Of a stretch of 64,000 nucleotides of DNA, positions 14,501 to 27,254 are shown piece after piece (the first letter of the stretch is position 1; each line of letters starts with the position of its first letter). The stretch comes from Anaeramoeba ignava BMAN (Eukaryota; Protista; Anaeramoebae), in assembly GCA_028826165.1 (NCBI GenBank), contig JAPDFW010000134.1, positions 62,001 to 126,000 on the forward strand, given 5' to 3'. Under the pieces are notes generated by a model. That model was not told the DNA's origin. It searched no databases and worked only from the letters and a program-made list of their open reading frames with translations. A program made the translations under genes and the position numbers.

Positions 14501-17500
14501 TGATCGGGATTTTCTTTTTCAAGTTCAGATTCATTTGAGTGAATTAAACTTCGTTGTTTTTTTGTTTCTGCTTCAGTTTCTTGTTTTTCTTTTTGTGAAA
14601 ATTGCTTTTCCTTTTGAAGAAGAATCATCTCCTCTTGAATATTTTCTTCTTGTTCTTTGACTTGGTTCAGTTTATTTTGTAAATGTTCCATAATTAATTG
14701 TGGATTTTGATTGGAAAGTTCTTCTAATTGTTTGGATTCAATAAGATTTGAAACGATTGGTTTTAATTTTTCCAAATCCAAATTATTTGGAGCATTTTCT
14801 CTTCCCAGACGCTGTTTTTTCTCTTGAATTTGCTCTTTTGAATCGATAAAATTTGTTTTTTCTTGTTCCAATTTTTGCAAATTTGATTCCATTGATCTTA
14901 ATTCCTTTTTCAGTTGAATTTTTTCCAATTTGATTTTTGCCATTGCTGTTTTTGAATCATCTTTTTGAAGATCAGGATTAGGTTGTTCCAAATAATTTAA
15001 ACGGTTTTTTTTCTCTTGAATTTGGTCTTTTAATTTTGTTAAATCTTGTTCCAATTTTGTTCTTTGTGGATCAAGTTGTTCGAATTCGGATGTTTTATTT
15101 TGCAATTCTTGTTGTTTTTCTGGATTTGAATCATATTCTTTTTCCATCATTAAATTTTGGAATTCTTGGATTCCTTGTTCTAATTCTCTTCTTTTAAAAT
15201 TAAGGGCTTGTTGTTGAGATTGAAGTTTTTGGATTTGATTATTTTGATTTTCATCATCTTCTATAATTTGTCTTGGAATTTGTCTTCTTTGTTGTTCATC
15301 AATATTATCCATTGCTTTACGACCTTGAGGTTTTTTATAATTTACACTTTCTGGATGTTCTGGTTGATAACTAAACACTGTTTTCGGACCCTAAATTAAA
15401 AATTCAATTAAAATTCATTTATAAAATTCAATTAAAATTAATTTATAATTAAAATTCATTTATAAAATTTAATTAAAATTCAATTAAAATTCATTTATAA
15501 AATTTAATTAAAATTAATTTATAAAATTTAATTAAAATTAATTTATAAAATTTAATTAAAATTAATTTATAAAATTTAATTAAAATTAATTTATAAAATT
15601 AAATTAAAATTATTTTATAAAATTTAATTAAAATTAATTTATAAAAAAATTAAATTTATTCAATTAAAATTAATTTATAAAATTTAATTAAAATTAATTC
15701 AATTAAAATTAATTTATAAAATTAATTTATAAAATTTAATTAAAATTAATTTATAAAATTTAATTAAATTAAAATTTAATTAAAATTCATTTATAAAATT
15801 TAATATAAAATTCATTTATAAAATTTAATTAAAATTAATTTATAAAATTTAATTAAAATTCATTTATAAAATTTAATTAAAATTCATTTATAAAATTTAA
15901 TTAAAATTCATTTATAAAATTTAATTAAAATTCATTTATAAAATTTAATTAAAATTAATTTATAAAATTAAATTAAAATTAATTTATAAAATTAAATTAA
16001 AATTAAAATTTAATTAAAATTAATTTATAAAATTCAATTAAAATTCATTTATAAAATTTAATTAAAATTAATTTATAAAATTAAATTAAAATTCATTTAT
16101 AAAATTTAATTAAAATTAATTTATAAAATTAAAATTAAAATTAAAATTAAAATTACATCAGATAAATTTTTCCATGTAAATGTTCCACCAGATTCATCCC
16201 AATCACCTTGAAATGATTGTTCAATTTTATAAAATTGTAATTCTTCTTGAACTGCTTGTAATAATTCTGTTGTTTGTCTACTTTTTTGTTGTTCTTTAAT
16301 AAGTTCTCTTGATTTAATTTCTAGTTGATCATGATATTTATTTCTTTGTTTAGAAGCTTTTTCATATTTTTCTTGTATTGAATTTAATTCTTCTTGTGTT
16401 CTTCTTAAAGTTTCATTTAAACTTGCATTTTGTTTTTTTAATCGTAAATTTTCAGATTTTGTATTTTTAAGTTCATCTTCTAAACTAGTTATTTCTTCTT
16501 GTTTAAATCTTTGATTTGCTTTTGTTCTTGCTTCTTCATTAATAATTTCTCCATCTAATTCTTTCAGATTTGGTAAATGAAAAATGATAAAATCTTTATA
16601 ATGATCTAATTGAGATATTGGATTATCATTGAGTGTAAGAGAAGATAAATTTGGGAGATCTTTTAAAAAGGTAATATCTTTTAACTTTTTGAATTTGAAT
16701 TTTAATTTTGAATTTTAATTTTAATTTTTAATTTTGATTTTAATTTTGATTTTGGTTTTTATTTTAATTTTGATTTTGATTTTTATTTTAATTTTAATTT
16801 TGATTTTAATTTTGATTTTGATTTTGATTTCAATTTTGATTTCAATTTTGATTTCAATTTTGATTTTAATTTTGATTTTGATTTTGATTTTGATTTTGAT
16901 TTTAATATTAATTTTGATTTTAATTTTAATTTTAATTTTCATTTTAATTTTGATTTAGATTTTCATTTTGATTTTGATTTTGATTTTAATTTTGATTTTA
17001 ATTTTTTATTTTTATTTTTGATTTTAATTTAAATTTTGATTTTGATTTTGATTTTGATTTTGATTTTAATTTTGATTTTGATTTTGATTTTAATTTTGAT
17101 TTTAATTTTGATTTTTGAATTTAAATTTTGATTTTGATTTGATTTTGATTTTGATTTTGATTTTGATTTTAATTTTGATTTTAATTTTGATTTTGATTTT
17201 GATTTTGATTTTGATTTTGATTTTAATTTTGATTTTTTGATTTTGATTTTTAATTTTTGATTTTTGATTTTGATTTTGATTTTGATTTTGAATTTAAATT
17301 TTGATTTTAATTTTGATTTTAATTTTAATTTTAATTTTAATTTTAATTTTAATTTTGATTTTAATTTTGATTTTGAATTTAAATTTTGAATTTTAATTTT
17401 GATTTCGATTTTGATTTTGATTTTAATTTGAATTTTTAATTTGATTTTGAATTTTACTTTGGAAATGTTATTATGATCTAAATATAATCTTATAAGAGAA

Positions 17501-18242
17501 ATTAAATTTTTTATTAAAGAAGGAATTCTTGCTATTTTATTTTCTGATAAATTTAATTCTTCTAATTGTTTTAAATGTTCAATATTTTCAATCCTTAAAA
17601 TTTGATTTTGATTTAAATCTAGTTTTTTAAGTTTTAATAAAGAATTAAATCCTTGAATTTTTTGAATAGTATTCCCACTAAGAATTAATTCTTGTAAATT
17701 TTTCAAATTATCTAATTTGTCAATTTTCTATTTTAATTTTAATTTTAATTTTTAAATTTTAATTTTTAATTTTAAAATGAATTTTTAATTAATTACTTGA
17801 ATTTGCCCTTCTTTATCTTTATTTAAATGAAGGTTTAATTTTAAAATCTTTAGAAAATTATCTTCTTGAGCTTTTTGTTTGATTAAATCTTCAGTAAGAT
17901 AACAAGTAAAAGAAGAACTTTCAACACTTAAAACGTTAAAAAAAAAAAATTTAAATTAAAATTTTTTAATTGAAATTGTTTTTTAATTTATTTTTACTTT
18001 ATTTTTTTAGGAATTGTTGATTTTGGTTTTTTTATTTGAGTTTTTGATTGATTTGAATTTGGATTTGGGTTTTTTTTAACTAATTTTTTTGATCTTTGAC
18101 CTGTTGTTTTTGTTTGTTTATTTGGACTTATTGATTTTTTTTTAATTGGTGTATTTTTATTGCTATTTGAATTTGGATTTAAATTTTTAATTGATTTTTT
18201 TGGTTCTCTTAAACCTTTTTGAGAGTTTTGATTATTTGACAT
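11590..18242 (-). CDS. CNTRL: Centriolin (CEP110/Nud1/Cdc11 family): SDS22-like LRRs plus long coiled coil
   Basis: Exons 18242-17998, 17926-17797, 17727-17458, 16684-16157 and 15390-11590 join in frame. YLTEDLIKQ..LKLNLHLNKD, LRRs, the LRRcap NPISQLDHYKDFIIFHLPNLKELDG, QRFKQEEI and QEELQFYKIE match the centriolin N-terminal motifs. Confidence 0.8.
15391..16156 (-). repeat. Repeat-filled intron of centriolin, ~24-bp unit
   Basis: Plus-strand unit ATAAAATTTAATTAAAATTAATTT, bounded by minus-strand GT (16156) and AG (15391). Confidence 0.8.
16685..17457 (-). repeat. Repeat-filled intron of centriolin, (AAAATC/AAAATT)n
   Basis: Hexamer tract between two LRR exons that join in phase 0. Confidence 0.8.
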
Positions 18243-18350
18243 TTTTTTTAATTAAAAAAAAAAACAAAAATAAAAATAAAAAAAAGAAAAAAAATGATTT
18301 TTTGATTTTTCATTTTTTTTTTATTTTTTTTAATTTTTAAAAAAAGAGAA

Positions 18351-21328
18351 ATGCTTGGTAAATTTATTTTAAAATTAAAATTAAAATTAAAATCAAAATT
18401 AAAATCAAAATTAAAATTAAAATTCAAATTATAATTTAGATCTTGAATCAGAAAAAAAATGGAAATCAATTCAATTAACAAATATTAAAACTCCAACTCC
18501 TCGTTTTCGTCCAGCTCATGTTTTATATGAAAATAAAGTATGGATTCATGGAGGAAATTCAGTTAAAGATGAATTATGTGATGAATTATATGTTTATGAT
18601 ATTGGTTTGTGAAATAAATATTTTTTATTATTTATTTTAATCCAAAAATTCAATTTTTTTTTTGATTTATTCATTTATTTAAGAACTTGGAACTTGGCAA
18701 GAAGTAGATCAATGTGGTCAAGTTATTGGAAGACGTGCAGCTCATACAGCTGTTGTTTATGATGAATTTATGTGGGTTTTTGGAGGTAAAATAAAAATAA
18801 AAAATAAAAATTTTTATTTAAATTAAATTTCTTTTTTATTTAAATCTCAATTAATTCAATTCTTAAATTTTTAGGAGAAACTGAAAGATATTATTCAAAT
18901 AATGTTTTTAAATTTAGATTCAGTAAATTATTTTGATTAAAATAATTTCAATTTTTTTTTTATAAAATTAAAAATTATCAAAATTTTCCTTTTTTCATAA
19001 TATGATTAAATTTAGAAACTGGTGAATGGGAAGAAATTAAAACAACAGGAGATAGTCCAAGACCACAAACTTATCATACTGCATGTGTTCATAAAGAGTA
19101 TAAAATTAAAATATTTAAAATGAAAATTTAGATGGTTTGTTTTTTTATATTTAAATTTAGTCAAATGTATATATTTGGACCAACTTATTCTGAAGCTTTA
19201 TTATTTGCACTTAATTTTCTTACTTTATCATGGAATAAAATTCAAATTGATTTAAATTTTCGAGGAATAGGAAGTAGTACTGCTGTTGTTTATGGAAATA
19301 GTATGTTTGTTTATGGAGGACTTGATGGAGGAACAGTTAATACATTTAACCGTTTTGATTTTGGTAGAAAAATTTTTAATCAATTTTAATCAATTTTCAT
19401 TTATTTTTATTGAGAAATTAATTTTTGTTCTTGTTATTGAAATTTTAGAAACAAATAAATTTGAAAAAGTTGTTGGAAATGAAAATGGAATTATTCCAGG
19501 AAAAAGAGAATCTCATTCTGCAAATAATAAATATGATCAAATGGTTGTTTTTGGAGGAACTGAAAGAGGTGTTAGAACTTATGGAAATATTTATATTTAT
19601 AATTATATTGATAATTATTGGGAAGAAATTTTTCCTAGAGAAGGAGTTACTCCAAGTCCAAGAGGTTAATTTCGAAATTCATTTAAAAATATTAAAATTC
19701 ATTTTAAAAATTAAAATTCATTTAAAAATATTAAAATTCATTTTAAAATCAAAATTAATTAAAAATATTAAAATTCATTTTAAAATCAAAATTAAAATCG
19801 GATAAAAATTAAAATTAAAATTAAAATTCATTTTAAAATTATTAAAATTCATTTAAAAATATTAAAATTAAAATTAAAATTAAATTCATTTGAAAATTAA
19901 AATTAATATTAAAATTAATATTCATTTGAAAATTCAAATTGAAATTAATTAAAATTAAAATTAAAATTAAAATTAAAATTAAAATTAAAATTAAAATTAA
20001 AAATTAAAATTAAAATTAAAATTAAAATTAAAATTAAAATTAAAATTAAAATTAAAATTAAAATCGGATAAAAAATTAAAATAGAAATTCATTTTGAAAA
20101 TTAAAATTAATATTCATTTTGAAAATTAAAATTAAAATTCATTTTGAAAATTAAAATTAAAATTCATTTTGAAAATTAAAATTAATATTCATTTTAAATT
20201 TTATAATTAAAAAAAGATGATCATTCTGCTGTTATCGCTGACTCAAAATTATTCGTTTTTTTTGGAGTTACTTCAAATACTACAGGAAAATCTGAATTCT
20301 CATTAAATTCACAAGCTTTTGAAGATGCATTTATTTATCAATTTGAATATAATTTATATTCTGATATGGAAAATTTTTTCAAAAGACAAGAATTTTGTGA
20401 TATGCAAATTGACACAATGGATTCAAAATTTATAGAATTTCATCGTGATATTGTTTCTGCAAGATTTCTTCCAAATAAATTTAACGAAAAAAACTTCATT
20501 TTAATTCTCAAACTGGAAGATTATGACACAATTATAAGTTTAATGGAATATCTTTATTTCAATAAATTCGAATGCATTTATCAAGATAAGAATGAAAAAT
20601 TACAAAAATTGGCAGAAAAACTTGAACTTAATGAATTAGTTAATCTTTGTAATGGAAGTTTGAATTTTGGAAAAACAAAATTGGGAACAGTTTTTGAAAA
20701 ATTATATCAACAAAATGAAACAAAAGATTTTACAATTTTATGCCAAGAACATGAAATCAAAGCTCATAAAACAATATTGATAGCTAGAAGTGAATTATTT
20801 AGAGGAATGTTATTTTCATCAAATGATCAAAGCAATCAAGTTCAAGATATGAGCGGATCTGAACCTTTTGCTCTTGAACAATTCATTCATTTTTTATATA
20901 CTGATGAAATCAAAGATGATTTACAACTTGATGTTTATTTTTCACTTTTTGGAATTTCGGATTATTTTGGATTGTCAAATAACTTATTGGAATCAAAAAT
21001 TGAAAAAATATTACTTAAGAAAATTGATAAACAAAATATTCAAGCTCTTTTAAATCATTCAGTGAAAGAAAACTTACTTGAACTTAAGGAATCTTGCTTT
21101 TTTTTCATTTTCAATAATAACTTAAAAAATAATTCAGTTATTAAAAATTTTTTCTCAAATGAACCTTTGATTCAAAAAGAATTTACAAATTATGTAAAAG
21201 AATATAAATTATGGTTTAATCAAAAAAAGAAGAAGAAAGAAGAAAGAGAAACAACACCTCCTTTAAATTTATTAAATCCAACAGATCCACCAAAAAAAAA
21301 GAAACCAAAAAATTGTCAAATTATGTGA
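18351..21328 (+). CDS. Kelch-repeat + tandem BTB protein (LZTR1-like putative Cul3 adaptor) with C-terminal polybasic CaaX
   Basis: Eight exons: 18351-18357, 18440-18604, 18684-18785, 18875-18922, 19016-19097, 19161-19363, 19449-19664, 20217-21328. Kelch motifs WIHGG, MWVFGG, MFVYGG, MVVFGG. BTB motif IKAHKTILIARSELFRGML. Ends KKKKPKNCQIM*. Confidence 0.88.
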
Positions 21329-21616
21329 AAAAAAAAACAAAAGAAAAAAAAGAGGAATGAAAAAAAATTTTATTTTTCTTTTTTTAGGGAATTTTTTTAC
21401 AATTAAATAAAAAAATAATAAAATAAAATTATTTGTAATTTTAATAACAAAATTATTAATTATTATTTATTATTATGTAATTTTAAAAACAAAAATTATT
21501 AATTATTATTTATTATTATGTAATTGTAAAAAAAAAATAAAAGCAAAAAAAAAATTAAAAAAATTTTTTTTTTCATTTTTCGTTTTATTAAAAAACAAAA
21601 ACAAAAACAAAAACAA

Positions 21617-24600
21617 ATGTCTTTTGAAATTCCAACAATCCAAAAGTTTTTAGAACAAATTAAAGATTTCAATTCTGCTTCTAAAATTAAAACAATTACA
21701 ACTTTAGCTGTTAAAGTTAAATCAACAGAAAAAACAGAAGAATTAACAAAATTTGATAATTTGCTAATTGAACTTTATAAAAGAAAATCTGAAGAAAAGA
21801 AATTAGCAGTTTTTGGTGCTTTTCATGCTAAAAGAAAAGATTTGCTAGTTCAATTTTTAAAAGATGAAGAAAGTATTTCTTTTAGTTCAAAAATTCTTTT
21901 ATCAAAAATGATTGTTTCTGTTTTAGATCCAAATTCAGAAGAAGATATGAAAAAATTGAAAGAGTTAATTTTTAATTTACCAACAAAATTAAGAAATATT
22001 TTATTGAAAAAGGTTCAAACGAAAGGATTTAAGAAATTTGTTAATGAAAATTTTGAGGAAATTCTTAATAGATTTGGAGTAAGTTTAATTTAAATTTAAA
22101 ATTCATTTAATTAAAATTCATTTATAAAATTAATTTAAAAATTTAATAAAGGAATCTTCATCTCGTCAATTAATTGGCCTTCTTGATAAAGATAAATTCA
22201 ATAAATTCTTCCCTCAATTTTATCCATTTTTCAAAGAAAACGGAAAATTTGCAATAATTCAATCAATCAAAATTAATCCAGATATTATTGTTTCATTTTT
22301 AACAGAAAAATTAGCCATTGCACCAGCATTACAATTACCACAACTATGGCAAGAATATCAACTTATATTCAAACAATTAATGAATACAAACCCAGAAAAA
22401 TTCATTGATTTATTAAGCAAATATTCACCAGTAGAAGAAATTCCAAGTTTCGTAACTCCAAGATTAAAAACACTCTTTAAAGTCAACAATGAAAAAATGA
22501 TTGAAGTGTTTATGCGTCCAGAATATCTTGAAAAACAAAGAAAATCATGGCGATACCAATCAACAATCATCACAAAGAGAAAAATCAACAAAAAACTATC
22601 AAAGGATGATTTATCCAAAATCTGTCAATTTTTCAAAGAAAGTGAACTGAGAAAAATTCTTGCTAATTTACCTCCATCAGAACGTTTTGCAGCTTATGAA
22701 GATGCTTATAAAGAAGAACCAGATGATCAAATTCGGGATGAATACATATTGTTGCTTCTTCCAATTGAACACAGAATTAACGAAGCCAAAAAAATGTTGA
22801 AAATTCCTGCAATTAATCAAGACGAAGAAAAAAAAAGAAATTTCGAAAAGCTTTTGGATATAAAAGAGCAAAGAGCAGTTTATGAGAAGGAAATCAAAGA
22901 AGCCGCATCAGCAGAAGAACGAGGAATTTTCTATAGTTATTATCTCATTTGCAGTTCATTATCAAAAAACGCAGAAGAAATTGAAAAAACACTCAAATTT
23001 ATTGTGCCTCGAACAAAAAATGAACAAGAACCTGTTCGAAATCAAATTGTAAACGCGTTGAAATCACACGCAATCAAATATCTCAATGAGTCCCATATTG
23101 AATTGCTTAAGGAATTCTTGAAAAATGCTATGGATTCACGTGATGCTTCAGATTCACTCAATGTTTTGATTGATTTATTTGTTAATTTAATCGAATTCAA
23201 TTACAAAAAGAGCAAAACTCACAAACTTCTCAAACCAGACGAAAAAGAAAGTTATGATGATGCCTTTGCAAAGATTCCATTTATCAAATTCTGTTTGGAT
23301 TCTCTGAAGAAGCTTTATATTGCGCAATCATACATATCTTATTTAACCAAAAAGTTAACTTCATTCGAAGTCATTTTCCGTGCTGCCTTTAATTTCTTCA
23401 ATTCTGGATCAACAGAAGCACAAAGATCCTTCTTCTCATTCTGTCGTTGGTATCCACATCACAGATGGAGCCCTTGGATGCAAGAACAAATTGATAAATT
23501 CCTTGAAAATCTTTACAAAAAAGAAGATCTTAATAACGACACTTTTGAAACATCAATCCGTTTTTATCTTTTTAACAGAAAATACAAATTTCAAAGAATT
23601 GAAAGCCTTCTTGAAAAAGACACCTCTCTTCTCAACAAAACCGGATTCCTCAAAGAATTACTTCTTCATCGCCAAGATCTTTGTGATAAATATGAAATCT
23701 TTGAAAACATCCCACTTGATCAACGAAAAATCCCCATCAAAGGAAAAATCGATATTTCATCACTTAAACAAGAATCTGTGCTTTTGAATGTTATCGAGAT
23801 AATTTCAGAAAGCAAGAAAATTGCGCGAAGAATATCAATCGAAAACCAACACAAACTATTTGATTTTATAAAGAAAGCATTAGTTGAAATTGGTGAAGAA
23901 AAAGATAACGAAAATGATGACAATGATAATGATAGTGATAGCGATGATAGTGATGATAATGATGATGATGATAAAGAGAAAAAAGATGAAGTCAATTACA
24001 AATACACAAAAGATCAAAAACGCGAATTTATCAAAGCAATTTCCAATTTGGATATTCTCAAACCAAGTGATGCCAAAGAATTAATGGATATTCTCAAAGA
24101 CCAAGAGCTCATTTTCCAAGATCTTCTCGCAAATATGATCAACCTAGATAACTACGAAGGATTGCTTGATCTTTATGTTCCTTATGTTAACACAGATTAC
24201 GCCAAAATTGTGATGTTTTCCTTCTTGAAAATCGGAACACTCTCATCAACAAAAGAGATCCAAAAAGTTGTGAATGATGTTCTTAAAATCAAAGACTTGA
24301 AAGTAACTGTTAGAAAAGAAATATACCGACTTCTTGGGTTTTACAAATTCCCTGAAACAAAAGAATTGCTTTTCAACGAATATTCCAAAGAACTTCATCC
24401 TCATGCCAAAATTGCACTTTTAAATATGCTTCGCTCAAAATTTTTAGATGAACCAAAAACTTGGGAAATTCTCGATAAGGAAATTCAATCAAAAGATAAC
24501 AACATGTATGAAATGATTATTGCACAAAAATACACAAAAATCCCGATCAAATATTTGCTGAAATATGTAACACTTTTTGAACAGATTATCAAGTTCACAA

Positions 24601-25412
24601 CCAAAGCTTCAGTTCTTAAAAGTGTTTTCACACAATTACGCAATTGGGTTCGACCAGAATCAATGGAAACAACACAGAAAGTCATCGAGATTTGCGAAAA
24701 TACAATCCTGAATATGGAAAGCAAAACAGAATGGGTTCTTGCTTTTGATGTTCTTTTATATGCTGCCCAATGCTTTGAATCAAGTGCTCTTTCACTTAAA
24801 AAATTCATCCTCAAATTACTCAATCTTGATTTTTCAAAAGATCTCGAAATTATCACAAAAGACAAAGATATGCCTCTTTATCAACGTGTTGATGATTGTT
24901 TGAATAAAATCTCAAATATTCCTCATCAAAACTTGAATTTCCTAGAATCAGCTAATTTCTTTACAGAAGTTTCATCCTTTATTTTAGATAAAAAATTATA
25001 TCCTTTCTTCGTCTTTTCTGGTCAATTTAAATTTGCCACTTTGGAAATTGATGTTGAAAAATTCACAAAAATATTTTCTCAAGTTGAAAGTGATTTCAAA
25101 CAATATCCATTTTTCCTTGATAAAATCATTAATTGGGTTGCCAAACAATACTTCTATAACAGACTTCTTCCTGGAATGGAATCAATATCAGTTGATATTA
25201 TTAAGAAATTATTTGAAATGGGAAAAGATAACAGAAATTTCAAAATTGCTGCTGCAAATATTTTAAAAGTTATTGGACCAAAAACAAAATGGATTGATTC
25301 TGCAATTGAAATTTTAGCACAAATGAGAAAAGATTCAGATTTAGAAATTTCGAGTATAAGTTCATCAATTTTATTATTTAATGAAACATCACAATCTCGA
25401 AATTTCTGGTAA
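21617..25412 (+). CDS. ~1240-aa alpha-helical (HEAT/ARM-like) protein of an uncharacterised family with an R-x-x-NEQ(E/D)PVR motif
   Basis: Exons 21617-22078 and 22152-25412; phase-0 intron 22079-22151. Motifs RTKNEQEPVRNQIVNAL and LKVTVRKEIYRLL. Confidence 0.8.
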
Positions 25413-25528
25413 AAAATAAACAAACAAATTTTTAATTCAATTCAATTCAATTCAATTCAAAAAAAATTTTTAATTCTTTCTCTTTCAATTTTTAATAAAA
25501 GAGAAAAACAAAAAAAAAAACAAACTTT

Positions 25529-27168
25529 TTATTGATTTCGTTTTGTTTTCTTTGTTTTGAAAATCTTAATAACATAAATCATCCAAAAAAGAATAACAAA
25601 AATTCCTAAACAAGTTTGAATATAAAAAATTTTCATAAAAGAATAATTTAAAGTTCCCATACAAAAACCTCCCCAAAGATAAGAAAGCATTAAAATCAAA
25701 TAAAAAAATCCATAATCAAAACTAAACATTCTTCCAACAAAATGACCAGGAGGAGTAATTTGGATTAAAATTGTGCTCCAAACCCAAAGTAATCCAATTC
25801 CAAAAGTTCGAACAAAATTTGAAACTAAAAAAACTTCAAAATTTTCAAAATAAACTCCAACTCCAATAAAAATTGTACCGAATAAAAAGATTAAAAACCC
25901 AATAAATATTGTTAACCATCTACTTTTGAAGGTATCTTTTGCAAATCTTTGACCAACAACTTGAATTAAAAAAAAATTAATTTAAAAAAAAAAAGTGGAA
26001 CAAATTAAAAAATGTTTTTCTTCTTGATTAAATCGAATTAATTATTACTTGGCCCAATTAATGTTCCTAATCCTTCTGTTGCATACATTATGCCAAGACT
26101 GATTCCTACTTTTCCTTTTATTTGGAAATATTTTTCAACAATTGAAACCATTGTAACATCAACTGCTCCCCAAACTAAAGCACCTGTTGTTTTAACAATT
26201 ACCATAAACAAAACTTGTGGATTTTTCTTTAGAAATACTAATCCACCTTTAAAATTTGTGTTAAGAGGCTCTTCTTGTTTTTCTTCTTTTAAATTAGATT
26301 TTAAAAGAGCATTTTCATCATTAATATCATCATCGCTTGAATTTGATATTGTTTGAATATCCTCTTTGTTTGAATCCTCACTTTTTTGTTCTGTTTGTTT
26401 CTTATCAGTAATTTCTTTTGAATCACTTTTTTGTAAAGAACTTGTCAATTTTGTAAATTTCCAACTTATTATAATACAAGTTGCAGAAATGATATAAGAA
26501 ATTGAATCGATAATATAAGCAGGAGTTAATCCAGTAACACTTGTAACAACACCACCAATACTACCTCCAATAAAAAACATTGTACTCCAAGTTGTTGCAT
26601 CAAGTGCTAAATCAATTAAAAAATTCATTTAAAAAATCCAATTAAAAAATTCCTTTTAAAAAATCCTTTACTATTTGCTTCTACTATTTGTTTTGCATTT
26701 ACAACAAATGATATTAATCCTGTTCTTGCTGGTGTAAAAAAAGAACTTATTGAAAATTGTATAAAAACAATCGAGAATAAAAACCATTCAATTTTAACAT
26801 ATTCAACAACAATAAAAACAAGAACAACACAAGCACGAATTAAATCACTCAAAATCATAACAATATTTTTATTAAATTTATCAGCAACCTAAATAAAAAT
26901 AAAATCAAATTTTTTCTTCAATTATTTTTCAATTATTCTTCAATTATTTTAGACTCACTGGCCCAACTATTGGAATTAAAACAAAAGAAGGTAATGTTTT
27001 TGCTACAAATAAAATGCTTAACATCAATCCAGATTTATTAATATTTTGACACATTGTTATTGTTGCAATTTGATTAAACCAATCTCCAAGTAAAGATAAT
27101 GTTAATCCAAACCAAAGCCAGAAATATTTTTTATTCTCTTTAATTAAATTCAAATATCCACTTCCCAT
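25529..27168 (-). CDS. Major facilitator superfamily transporter, bacterial DHA3/MefA-like
   Basis: Exons 27168-26959, 26888-26672, 26606-26049 and 25959-25529 join in frame. LWFGLTLSLLGDWFNQIA, motif A-like GPVADKFNKNIVMILSDLIRA, FFTPAR, GRMFSFDYG; many hydrophobic helices. Confidence 0.88.
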
Positions 27169-27254
27169 TAATTTAAAATTAAAATGAAAAAATGAAAAAA
27201 AATGATCTAAAGAGAATTTTTTTTTTCAGAGGGATTAATCATAATTAACAAAAA

